Positions 1 through 9,440 of a stretch of DNA of 54,247 nt are shown one piece after another. The DNA lies in contig JALXBF010000109.1 in NCBI GenBank assembly GCA_026991575.1, positions 1-54,247 of the forward strand, written 5' to 3'. How positions within the stretch are numbered: position 1 is the stretch's first letter; the number at the start of each line of letters is the position of its first letter. The stretch comes from Planctomycetota bacterium (GTDB lineage Bacteria > Planctomycetota > Planctomycetia > JALXBF01). Below the pieces are notes generated by a model. It was given only the letters and a program-made list of their open reading frames with translations, made no database searches and was not told where the DNA came from. The position numbers were made by a program, and so were the translations under genes.

Positions 1-22
1 GATCCTGCAGCTTGCGTCGGGG

Positions 23-713
23 GGCGGCAGGGGGGCTTTATGCCCCCCTGCCGCTCTGTTGATGGGTAGCGCGGGCGGTACGGGGTTTGTTTTTCTCCTC
101 CGTGAAGAGTCGCCGGTCGCCGGGGACGGGGGCCGCGGCGTCGGCAAGGTGGCATCGCGCTGGCGCCGGGACGACAGCGAAATCCGCTTGCGCACACTGC
201 CTGCCCAAGGAAACTCGACCAACGGGGCCGCGGGCGGGATCGACGCGCCCGCGGCCCGGCGGGGAAGTTTTTTTCTTTGGGGGGCCGACGGCACTACCCA
301 TGAACCTTGCGGAAGGGGGGCAAGAAGCCCTCCTGCCGCTCGTCAAGGCAGGCTAGCACGTATCCCCGCTGACGGTCGATCGCCAAGCAGGATGTACCGG
401 CGGGTGCGTTTGAGCATCTGCAGCGCTCAGGGTAAGCCGGGACGGTGCTTGGGTGTCACGTCGTGCCATCGGTTGGGGTGGTGCCTGGCATGCGCTTAGT
501 GACAGGCGAACCAGAGACGAAGTGATCGGGCAGCCTACTTCAAACGGGCCGCGGGCGGCTTTACCCCGCGCCGGCCGGAGGTTGATTCCGTAGCACCCGC
601 TGGCCTCCCGCAAGATTCTTTGTTGCCGTGCCGCCGCGGGCGGGTCGATCAGGCCCGCGGCGGCGCTATCCGTTCAGCCTTGCGGGAGGGGCGCATAAAG
701 CCCCCTTTCGCCC
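23..713. repeat. Cluster of three ~50-bp imperfect repeats, each ending in a GC-rich palindrome (23-72 minus, 291-340 plus, ~663-713 plus), plus a second hairpin family GCCGCGGGC-loop-GCCCGCGGC (225-257, 631-664); REP/BIME- or MITE-like
   Basis: Manual alignment: 291-340 (gcactacccatgaaccttgcggaaggggggcaagaagccctcctgccgct) vs reverse complement of 23-72 (gcgctacccatcaacagagcggcaggggggcataaagcccccctgccgcc) gives 40/50 identity ungapped; third copy gcgctatccgttcagccttgcgggaggggcgcataaagccccctttcgccc. Confidence 0.7.
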
Positions 714-1226
714 ACGAGGCACGCTGACGGGTTGATTCGGCGATGCCCGCGGCAGCGTCCGGGCTACGCCTGGTCGCCTGCTGCCGGGCCGATTCAGCAA
801 TTCCCCTCGGCGGGGTTTCGTGGGGAGTCGCCCCGCTGTCCTTGTCGTCTGCGGGTTCGCAAACTGGCCTTCGGACGGTTACTCGCCACCGCGGCGGGGC
901 CGAGCCAGGGAACGCGGAGCTCGCCAGCTGTCTTGGACCCGGTTCCCACGGGTGTTCGGCCCAGTCTCCTTCCAGTCCCCCGCCCGCCACACCACGCAGT
1001 GCCCCGCGGATCCGCATCCCGCAGCGTACCGTCGGCGCCGTACCGGCCCGCCTGCTTGAGCCGTTGCTGCTCATCGTGCGAAAGCAACCACCGACGTCGT
1101 TGCCTGCGTTTCTGCCGCGTCCTTGGATCCAAAACGGTTCCTCCTCGTCGTCCTCCCCGAAATCCTTGCGCGACAGCGACTGAAGCGGACGCCAAGCAAC
1201 CCCGCACACGGAGGGTGAAATCCCGT

Positions 1227-2591
1227 TCAGTTGCCGTCCTGTCCACCATCGCGAATTGCCAGGATCGCATCACGCTCCCACGGCAACAGCTCCAGCGGTG
1301 TCAGCACCTCCGGATCGCCCTCCGTGCACAGGACCGTGTCCTCCAACCGTAGGTGCAGCCGCTCCTTTCTCACCATCAGCAGTGGTTCCACGTTGAAGAC
1401 GACGCCAGGCACGAATGGCTCCGACGCCTTGCCCACATCATGGACGGCCATGCCCGTGTAGTGACCGGCCACCGGCAACAGATACCGCCCGATGCCCAAT
1501 TCCCTGGCCTTCGCCTGCATCGCCCGCAACACATCGAACATTGTCTTGCCCGGCCGCACCATCGCAATGCCAGCGCGGTGCACCTCTACCAGCTTGTCAT
1601 ACAGTTCCGCGTATCGCGGCGGGAACGGACCTGAAACCGGCCAGCACCGGGTAACGTCGGACGTGTAGTAGTGGTAGTCGGGGCCAGCGTCGATCAGCAG
1701 CATATCGCCCTCGGCAAGGGTGCGGTTGTTGCGCATGTAGTGGAGCTCGACCATGTTCGGACCAGAAGCAACGATCGGTGTCCAGGCAGATCCTCTTGCC
1801 CCATGCGTCAGGAACGTTGCTTCGCAGACGCCGGCCAGCTCTGCTTCCAGGATGCCCGGTCGCGTGCGGCGAATCGCCGCTCGTAACGCCAACGCCGTGA
1901 TGCGTGCCGCACGACGCATCAACTCGATTTCCCGTTTGCTCTTGACCCGGCGCATCGCGTCGCTGATCGGCTCAATCGGCTTTAACGCCACCTGCTTGTC
2001 TGCCAACAACTGCCGCAACGCAGCTCGAAACGCTGCTACATCGCCCACCGGCCGGTAGCCGGGTAACAGCGGGAACGGCCGATGAAAGGCATCCCTTGCC
2101 TGTGCCATGCCTTCTCCCGGGTAACTCTGCACGTAGAAGACCTTGCTCGACTCAGCCAGCTCCTTCAGATCGGCAGCCAGCCGGGTAGCCGGCCGGATCT
2201 CCGTGATGCCTCGTGCCCGTAGCTCGTCGCTCTGCCTGTGCACGCGAGCTGGCCAGGGAACGTAAAGCGTGGCGGCAACAGCGACCTGTTTCCGGCCTCT
2301 GCCGCGCACAACCAGCACCGCATCCGGCCCGGCGTAGCCGCTGAAGTAGTAGAACGTGTTGTACTGCCGGAATGGACGGAATCGATCGGGTTTCGGTGCA
2401 CCCTTGAGCACGGCGACGGCCGATGGTCCGAGCTCATCGGCCAGCCGCTCCACGCGAGCCCGGAACTCCTCTGCAGCGAGCCCTTCGGTGACCTGCTCGC
2501 CCCGTGCAGTCCGCAGTGCGCCCACTCCCACTACCAGAAGCAGCGCCAACTTCCATCGGAACGGACACCGGCCTTCGCCACGTCCACGCAT
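1227..2591 (-). CDS. pepP: Xaa-Pro aminopeptidase (M24B family) with N-terminal signal peptide
   Basis: AMP_N-like FRQYNTFYYFSG; metal ligands in LIDAG, YTSDVTR, GHYTGMAVHDVG, VFNVEP, RLEDTVL. Confidence 0.9.
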   Translation of the reverse strand: MRGRGEGRCPFRWKLALLLVVGVGALRTARGEQVTEGLAAEEFRARVERLADELGPSAVAVLKGAPKPDRFRPFRQYNTFYYFSGYAGPDAVLVVRGRGRKQVAVAATLYVPWPARVHRQSDELRARGITEIRPATRLAADLKELAESSKVFYVQSYPGEGMAQARDAFHRPFPLLPGYRPVGDVAAFRAALRQLLADKQVALKPIEPISDAMRRVKSKREIELMRRAARITALALRAAIRRTRPGILEAELAGVCEATFLTHGARGSAWTPIVASGPNMVELHYMRNNRTLAEGDMLLIDAGPDYHYYTSDVTRCWPVSGPFPPRYAELYDKLVEVHRAGIAMVRPGKTMFDVLRAMQAKARELGIGRYLLPVAGHYTGMAVHDVGKASEPFVPGVVFNVEPLLMVRKERLHLRLEDTVLCTEGDPEVLTPLELLPWERDAILAIRDGGQDGN

Positions 2592-3374
2592 TGGCTTTTC
2601 TCCTCGACAGGACTTCCCCCGTGCTCACGAGCTTCTCTGAAGCCGAACTCATCCGCACTGTAGGCCTCAGTCTATCCAGCCGGTACGCTCGCTACGCACC
2701 GGCGGTACACGATGAAACCTCTCTGGCGGGAGCTGAGGGGGGCGCGCGTGGGGCAGCGGGTGCCGGAAGGCCAGCTCGGTTCTTGTCGGGTGAGGGAGGG
2801 GCACAGGGCCGGTTCAGCCCGACCGTGCCCAGGCACACAGGCCAGCGCGTGCTGTGCGGCCTATCCTGGTCTGCGATGTTGCGCGGTGCCAAGAGCAGTG
2901 CTTGGCAGGCTCGGTGGCTGATCGCTGGATGTGGCGTCTGACGCCGCGGGACAGGCCGCGGCGTTGGGAAGCAAGGAGACCGATCGGCTACGCGGGGGCT
3001 ATCCACGCCAGCGTTGCCTCCAGGGGGGCTGCCGCTGCCGGCCGTGCACTCACCGAAGCGGCGCGGACGGAAGTCGCACGGGCCAACCCGTTCCGCACGC
3101 GGTCGACCCTCCGGTTTCCCGCGCCGCCTCGCAGCCACCCTATCGGGGGTTGGGTGCATGAGCCGAATTGGCCCAGGGCGCCGCATCGAAGCCGGATCTG
3201 GTACACCCAGAATCTGTTACCATGGAACGCGGTTGCCGTGTGATCTCACGCGCGCGGCACGCGGGTGTCCGGTAATCGGACTGAGTTGCGGTGAGATAGA
3301 ATAGAGAGCACGTTCCAAGCGCGAAAGCACGTGAGCCGAACGCCGAGCTGGGCTTTCCGTCGGCCCGATGGGTC

Positions 3375-4148
3375 ATGATCCGTATCCTGGCTGCTGGCAA
3401 ATCCGTCAAGGGGCCCGTTCGCAAACGGAACGAGGATGCGCTGTTTCTGGACCCAGACCAACGGCTTTTCCTCGTCGCCGACGGCATGGGCGGACAACGG
3501 GGCGGCGAGCGGGCAAGCCAGCTGGCCATGAACGTCTTTGCCGAAACCATCTGCCCCTGGCCCGTTCCACCCGGAGCTCCGGACGAGGCGGTCGAGCAGC
3601 TGCTGCGCTCGGCAATCGTGAAGGCTAACAGCGAGATCATGAGCCTGGCATCGATCGAGCCGGCCTACCACGGCATGGGGACGACCATTGTCTTCGCCTA
3701 CTTCGTCCCGCCGGACCGTGCCTACGTCGGAGGCATCGGCGACAGCCGCTGCTACTACCTGCGCAATAACCAACTCCGCCAGCTCACCGAGGACCACTCT
3801 GTCGACCAGTACCTACGCAAGCACGGCCTGGTCGGCGAGGATCGTGCCATGGCCTCCCGCTTCCGTAACACCCTCTGGAATTACCTGGGTACGAAGGAGG
3901 CCTATGAAGGCACGGACATCCTCGTGCTGGCCGTGCGTCCCAGGGATCGGATGCTGCTGACGACCGACGGGCTCACGTCCGTGGTTAGCGATAGAGAGAT
4001 TGCCGAGCTGCTTCAGCAAGCCAGCACGCCGGACGAAGCCGTCTCGGCACTGGTGGGCGAAGCGCTGGCTCAGGGGTCGCGCGACAACATCACCTGTGTG
4101 GTCATCTTCTTCGAAGAGGCACCCCACGAAGATCAAACCGCGCAATAG
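3375..4148 (+). CDS. PP2C/PPM-family Ser/Thr protein phosphatase (Stp1/PrpC-like)
   Basis: Motifs RKRNEDA, VADGMGG, GMGTT, IGDSRCY, LTEDHS, LTTDGL, GSRDNIT. Confidence 0.95.
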   Translation: MIRILAAGKSVKGPVRKRNEDALFLDPDQRLFLVADGMGGQRGGERASQLAMNVFAETICPWPVPPGAPDEAVEQLLRSAIVKANSEIMSLASIEPAYHGMGTTIVFAYFVPPDRAYVGGIGDSRCYYLRNNQLRQLTEDHSVDQYLRKHGLVGEDRAMASRFRNTLWNYLGTKEAYEGTDILVLAVRPRDRMLLTTDGLTSVVSDREIAELLQQASTPDEAVSALVGEALAQGSRDNITCVVIFFEEAPHEDQTAQ

Positions 4149-4978
4149 ACGCCGGTCTCCAGTTTCCCGATACCGTCCACAGCGATCACGATGCGGTCAT
4201 CGTGCTGGAGCGTGAAGTCATCGGGCGGGATGATCCCGGTCCCGGTCAAGAGCACCACCCCCCGTTCGAACCGCTGGTCACGGACCAGCCAGCGGGCCAG
4301 TTCATGAGGTGATCGGACCATCTGCTCCAGAGCAGTCCTACCCGTAAACACGGTCGTCCTGCCCCGCACGATTTCCATTTGAATACTCTTTGTCTGCCAT
4401 GGTTCGAACTCATCGCATGTGACCAGCACGGGGCCAAGCGCACAGCAATCGGCGAACACTTTCGCCTGTGGCAGGTACAGTGGGTTTTCCCCCTCGATGT
4501 CGCGGCAGGAGACGTCGTCGCCGATCGTGTAGGCGACCACCTGACCCGACGGTGCAACGAAGACGGCCAGCTCCGGTTCCGGCACGCACCATCGCGTGTC
4601 GCTGCGCACTCGCACGCGGCCACCGGGGCCAACGACGCGATCGGGCGTCGCTTTCAGGAACAGCTCCGGCCGCTCAGCCCGGTAAACCTTTTCGTAGAAG
4701 AACCCGCCATCATGCGACTCTAGCTTGCGGGCTTCCTCGCTGCGCTTGTACGTCACACCTGCGGCCCACACCTCCTGCCCTTCCAACGGTGCCAGCAACC
4801 GGACGCGCTGAACCGGCCAGCTCCGTGAGCGGTCTACGGCGGCCTCCGCGGCGTCTGCCGGCTCGGGTGCAAGCAACACGTCGGTCAGCCCGACACCGTC
4901 CAACGGATGCACCCACTGCCCCTCGATCAGACCGGCAAACACGCGACCGTCCTCGGCTTCAAAGCGACACAGACGCAT
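4133..4978 (-). CDS. Fumarylacetoacetate hydrolase family protein (2-keto-3-deoxy-pentonate dehydratase KdaD/XylX-like)
   Basis: EVWAAGVTY, RPELFLK, VPEPEL, DVSCRDIEGENPLYLPQAK, LLTGTG motifs. Confidence 0.88.
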   Translation of the reverse strand: MRLCRFEAEDGRVFAGLIEGQWVHPLDGVGLTDVLLAPEPADAAEAAVDRSRSWPVQRVRLLAPLEGQEVWAAGVTYKRSEEARKLESHDGGFFYEKVYRAERPELFLKATPDRVVGPGGRVRVRSDTRWCVPEPELAVFVAPSGQVVAYTIGDDVSCRDIEGENPLYLPQAKVFADCCALGPVLVTCDEFEPWQTKSIQMEIVRGRTTVFTGRTALEQMVRSPHELARWLVRDQRFERGVVLLTGTGIIPPDDFTLQHDDRIVIAVDGIGKLETGVYCAV

Positions 4979-4981
4979 TGT

Positions 4982-6868
4982 TCAACTCCCGTTCACAGCA
5001 CCTGTCCCCAACGGCCGGCGGCTTCTTGCTGGAGGCGGTTCGGAGCCCCCCAACGATGCCCCGCTGCCCGCTACCAGCAAGTACAGGCCGGCTGCAGCCG
5101 CGAGCCACCCATACTCGTAGGCCAGGCGGGCAGCGACCGGACCCGGCCGTTGGTCGTCATAGGCAACGTACACAGGCGGTACAGCCTGCCGATAGAGTGC
5201 TTCTCCCGGTGTCCGCCACACGAGGGGTGTTCTTAGCCCCGCGGGATGCTCGATGCGCAGCACGCTGCCTGCTGTCGCCTGCACCGTCATGCGCCACCAG
5301 CTGCCGCCGGCCGGGCTCAGCCGTAGCGGACGACCGTTAACCGCCACCTGCACCGGGCGGCCGGAGAGCCGAACCGCGAACTCGTACGTTCCCGTCACGG
5401 GCACGTAGACGGCGGCGCTTTTGGTCTGCTGGGGCGGCCGGCCCGAGCCAACGGCTAGATTGGCCAGGGGGCGTGCGGCAAGGCCGACAAGCACTAGCGC
5501 GGCGCCCAACCAGCCCGCCGGCCCGAGCCTCGTTCTCGGGCATGCGGCAACGAAGAACCGGACGAGTTGCGGACCGGCCAGCACACCGGCTCCCACGGCC
5601 AGCACCGCTGCAGCACCGGCTGCGAACCATCCCACCGTGCCGCCGTGTTGGATCAGCTGCACCCACCACCAGTCAGGCCAGTCGGCTTGGCCCGTCGCCA
5701 GGATCGACAGCGTGGGTACAAACAGGTGCTCGGCTTCGGTTGCCAGAGCTGACCGCCAGCCTGCGCGTTCCGCGAACGGGTGGGAACCGGAGGCGACGAG
5801 CTGAAGGAGGATGCTGAATGCCAACACCGTGGCCAGCGCGAACTGGCCGCGCGGGTGAGCTCGGTCCCACAGCTCGGCGACTGCCAGTGCCGTCAGTGGC
5901 AACACGGGCAGCAGCAACCTGGGACCCCAGCAGTAGCCCCCGTGCCAGGTCCACCAGCACGCGACGGCAACCAGGTAAACGGCGGCCGCCGTGACGCTCA
6001 ACCGGACCTGGCGTTGTCCTGACCACGCCAAGCCCCACAGGAGGCCAATGGCACTGAGGGGCGAGAACCAGAGCAGGCCCTTGCCGCTGGAGAAGAGCAG
6101 CCCGTAGAGGCCAGCCAGCGGTGGGGTCAGGAACGTCTCGCCCTGGTACCCGCCGGCCAGCCACGGGTCGCCACGCAGCACGTTCGTCAGCACCGTTAGC
6201 ACACCGCCAACGACTGTGCCGGCGGCCAAAGCCATCCGCTCACCGCGTCGCGTCGCCAGAAGAGCGAACGCCGGGAGCAGCAAGGCCAGGTCCGGGCGGC
6301 ACCAGATGGCAGCCGACCAGCATAAGCTGGTGGCCCCTGCTGGCCAGCCCCGTGCCAGACTGGCCACGGTCGCTGCCAACCAAAAAGCAGCGACCGGCTG
6401 CACGTAAAGCGACCCGGCGTACGCGAAGGCGAGGCTGCCGAGGCCATAAGCGAGCAGCAGAAAGGTGCAGGCTGCCGGGCTGTAGCCCCAGGCAGCGGCG
6501 GTCGTGCCGAGTAGTGCAGCCGTGCCGGCCAGGACAGCGGCGCCGAAGCAGAACAGCACGGCGTCGCGAAGCTGTGTGGCTGCCGCGTTCCGTTCCCATT
6601 GTGGACCGGCGACCAACCGGGCGGCCGTGCGGCCTGCCAACTCAAATGGCACTGCCATCAGCGACGGTAGCGGGCTGTAGCGGCTGTAGCGGCGGTCGTT
6701 GAGCGGCTCGTACAGTTGCCACGAACCCCGCTCCACCAACGATCGGGTCGTCTGGTACACGTGCCCTTCGTCGACGCTGGTGCCGTGTCCCCGGTTGAAG
6801 AGGACTGCCATGCAGAGGATGCCGATCAGCACCGGCCAGCCAGCATGCCGCTTGATTGTTGGAGCCAT
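4982..6868 (-). CDS. Polytopic membrane protein, GT-C fold glycosyltransferase-like (PMT/GT39-like) with soluble beta-rich insert
   Basis: Many hydrophobic helices; DE motif after first TM (SVDEGHVY); GLLFSSGKGLLWFSP and WHGGYCWGPRLLLP segments typical of bacterial GT-C proteins; start placed at MAPTIK. Confidence 0.6.
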   Translation of the reverse strand: MAPTIKRHAGWPVLIGILCMAVLFNRGHGTSVDEGHVYQTTRSLVERGSWQLYEPLNDRRYSRYSPLPSLMAVPFELAGRTAARLVAGPQWERNAAATQLRDAVLFCFGAAVLAGTAALLGTTAAAWGYSPAACTFLLLAYGLGSLAFAYAGSLYVQPVAAFWLAATVASLARGWPAGATSLCWSAAIWCRPDLALLLPAFALLATRRGERMALAAGTVVGGVLTVLTNVLRGDPWLAGGYQGETFLTPPLAGLYGLLFSSGKGLLWFSPLSAIGLLWGLAWSGQRQVRLSVTAAAVYLVAVACWWTWHGGYCWGPRLLLPVLPLTALAVAELWDRAHPRGQFALATVLAFSILLQLVASGSHPFAERAGWRSALATEAEHLFVPTLSILATGQADWPDWWWVQLIQHGGTVGWFAAGAAAVLAVGAGVLAGPQLVRFFVAACPRTRLGPAGWLGAALVLVGLAARPLANLAVGSGRPPQQTKSAAVYVPVTGTYEFAVRLSGRPVQVAVNGRPLRLSPAGGSWWRMTVQATAGSVLRIEHPAGLRTPLVWRTPGEALYRQAVPPVYVAYDDQRPGPVAARLAYEYGWLAAAAGLYLLVAGSGASLGGSEPPPARSRRPLGTGAVNGS

Positions 6869-7056
6869 CGGTGTTGTGGATATCACGACGCGGAAGACTA
6901 CGGATCGCAGTATTTCGGATGGTCGTTGTGTAGAGGTTTGCCGTGAGCTCGATGACGCGGCAACGGGGACCGAAGCCGATACAGTTTAGCGACCCGCCGG
7001 GCGGAGGCTGCACCAGTTTGCGAGCATGAACCGAACGGCACGGCCGTGTGAGGGCA

Positions 7057-7962
7057 ATGACAATGGGCCGGCGGAGAGGTGTCCTGCTGGGAGCACACCT
7101 ATCGATAAGCGGTGGCTACTATCGGGCGGTGGAGCGTGCGGCGGAGCTGGGCTGCGACACCGTGCAGCTCTTCACACGCAGCAACGTCCAATGGCGTGCC
7201 AGACCACTGACTGAGGAGGACTGCACGCTGTTCCGCCGAGCTCTACGGCGCACGGGCGTGCGGCTGCCGTCAGCCCATGCCAACTACCTGATTAATCTTG
7301 GCAGCGCCGAGCGGGCGAAGCGGGAGCGGTCGATCCGGGCGCTGGTCGATGAAGTGGAACGATGCCATCGGCTGGGCATCGGCTACCTGGTGCTGCACCC
7401 TGGCGCGCATCAGGGTGACGGGGAGCGGCAGGGGATTGCTCGGGTAGCCCGGGCGCTGGACCGGGTGCTCCGCGCGTCGGCGGGCCTGGAGGTCCGCATC
7501 TTGCTGGAGAACACCGCCGGCCAGGGCACGAGCCTTGGCTATCGCTTTGAGCATCTGAAAGCATTGCTTGAGCGTTGCCGAGAACCAGAGCGATTGGGGA
7601 TCTGTCTGGACACGTGTCATCTGTTCGCGGCCGGCTATCCGCTGGCACCGCAGGCCGCTTACGAACGGACCATGGAGGAGTTCGATCGAACGGTCGGTCT
7701 GCGCCAGGTTCGGGTCGTGCACCTGAACGACTCGAAGAAGCCGCTCGGTTCGCGTGTGGACCGGCATGAGCACATAGGGGAGGGGAAGCTGGGCTTGACG
7801 CCGTTTCGGCTGCTGCTGGCGGATCGAGCGTTTCGGGGGCTGCCGATGTACCTGGAGACGCCCAAGGGCGTGCGTAACGGCGTGGACATGGACCTCGTAA
7901 ACTTGAACCGGTTGCGGCGGTTGGTGACCGATACCGTGCCGCGTGGACGGAAACCCGGTTAG
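7057..7962 (+). CDS. nfo: Endonuclease IV (AP endonuclease family 2)
   Basis: LGAHLSISGG, HANYLINLGS, VLHPG, LLENTAGQG, CLDTCHLFAAGY, HLNDSK, DRHEHIGEG, LETPK. Confidence 0.97.
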   Translation: MTMGRRRGVLLGAHLSISGGYYRAVERAAELGCDTVQLFTRSNVQWRARPLTEEDCTLFRRALRRTGVRLPSAHANYLINLGSAERAKRERSIRALVDEVERCHRLGIGYLVLHPGAHQGDGERQGIARVARALDRVLRASAGLEVRILLENTAGQGTSLGYRFEHLKALLERCREPERLGICLDTCHLFAAGYPLAPQAAYERTMEEFDRTVGLRQVRVVHLNDSKKPLGSRVDRHEHIGEGKLGLTPFRLLLADRAFRGLPMYLETPKGVRNGVDMDLVNLNRLRRLVTDTVPRGRKPG

Positions 7963-7989
7963 GGCGGGATTCTGGACGTGATCGGGACA

Positions 7990-9348
7990 ATGCGTCTCTG
8001 GCCCGAGCCGCTGGAGACCGTCTCGGGGCTGGCCACGGCGATCCGCGCCGGGGAGCTGAGCGCCAAGGAGGCGGCGGAGCGGTGCATCCGTCGGATCCAG
8101 CGGTTGGAGCACAAGTTGGATGCTTGGGCCTATATCGACTCTGACGATGTCATGGCTCAGGCAGCGTATCTGGACCGGCTGGCTGCCAAGCGCCGTTGGC
8201 TCGGGCCGTTGCACGGTGTGCCCATCGGGATCAAGGACATCATTGACGTTGCTGGTTGGCCGACCGGTTGTGGGTTTCCGCCCTGGCGGGAACGGCGTGC
8301 CCGGCGGGACGCCTGGGTCGTGCGGCGGTTGAGGATGGCTGGTGCGATCATCTTAGGCAAGACCGTCACCACGCAGTTCGCCGCCTTTGATCCCCCACCG
8401 ACCGCTAACCCGTGGCGCCATGACCGCACGCCGGGCGGGTCATCCAGCGGCTCGGCGGCGGCGGTGGCAGCGGCCATGTGTCCGGCGGCGCTGGGCACGC
8501 AGACTGGTGGGTCCATCCTGCGGCCCGCCGCCTATTGCGGTGTCGTTGGGCTGAAGCCGACGTTTGGCAGGGTGAGTGTGCGGGGGGTGTTCCCGTTTGC
8601 GCCCAGGCTCGATCACGTCGGTCCAATCACTCGTTCAGTACGCGATGCGGCCCTGTTGCTGGACGTGCTAGCCGGGCCGGATCCCCGCTCCGTGCGGTCG
8701 TCCCTGACAGCGACGCGGACCGTGGAGGCGTACGACGCGGCGGTTGATCGGTGCCACCTGCGGGTCGGACTGCTGTCGGCTTTCTTCAAGGAGCGCGCTA
8801 CGGAGGACGCTTGGTTGGTGGCGGAGCGGGCGGCGATGCTGCTGGCGCGGTCGGGGGCGCGGATCGCTGCCGTGGAGGAGATCTCTGCCGAGCTGATCGA
8901 AGACGTTCTGGCCGAGCACCGCGTGATCATGACAGCCGAGGCGGCGTTCGTGCACCGTAAGCTGTTCGCCCGGTACCGAGACGAGTACGCACCGCGAATC
9001 GGACAGGTCATCGAGGAAGGCAACCGCGTGTCGGCGGCACAGTACCTGGAGGCGTGCCGCGCACAGGATCGCTTCCGCCGCCTCGTACGCCGGCTCTTCG
9101 ACCGGTACGACCTGATCATCACGCCGGCCACGCCCGATCGAGCCCCAGATCGGTCCACCACGGGACCCCCCGTGTTCCAGTCGCCCTGGAGCTTTGCCGG
9201 CGTACCCACGATCGCTCTGCCGGCACGGCTCTCCGTGGACCAGCTGCCCCTGGGGGTCCAATTGATTGCCAACTGGGGGAGGGAACGCTGCCTGATCCGG
9301 GCCGCTGCGCTGGTGGAGCACTTGCTCCGCGAGGATGCTGGCCAGTGA
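7990..9348 (+). CDS. Amidase-signature family amidase
   Basis: GPLHGVPIGIKD, GGSSSGSAAAVA, GTQTGGSILRPA (Lys-cisSer-Ser triad). Confidence 0.93.
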   Translation: MRLWPEPLETVSGLATAIRAGELSAKEAAERCIRRIQRLEHKLDAWAYIDSDDVMAQAAYLDRLAAKRRWLGPLHGVPIGIKDIIDVAGWPTGCGFPPWRERRARRDAWVVRRLRMAGAIILGKTVTTQFAAFDPPPTANPWRHDRTPGGSSSGSAAAVAAAMCPAALGTQTGGSILRPAAYCGVVGLKPTFGRVSVRGVFPFAPRLDHVGPITRSVRDAALLLDVLAGPDPRSVRSSLTATRTVEAYDAAVDRCHLRVGLLSAFFKERATEDAWLVAERAAMLLARSGARIAAVEEISAELIEDVLAEHRVIMTAEAAFVHRKLFARYRDEYAPRIGQVIEEGNRVSAAQYLEACRAQDRFRRLVRRLFDRYDLIITPATPDRAPDRSTTGPPVFQSPWSFAGVPTIALPARLSVDQLPLGVQLIANWGRERCLIRAAALVEHLLREDAGQ

Positions 9349-9440
9349 CCCTGACGGTGCTGCCGGTGCCGTGGCGGCCGCCGAAGCGGCCAGCCGGTGT
9401 AGGATTTAGCGGTAGGCACATTCCAGAAAGGGGGCCTTCG

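Noticed and set aside
649..1209. 186-aa minus-strand ORF with a repeated GIAES motif
   Set aside because: Low-complexity R/P/G/A composition; the repeat is explained by the DNA repeat cluster; no RBS or domain seen
2592..3374. Long intergenic gaps (also 14397-15104, 34531-35114, 39607-40213) as hidden genes or RNA genes
   Set aside because: No tRNA, tmRNA, RNase P or SRP signatures and no ORF with protein-like composition recognised; an Rfam scan would be needed to exclude them
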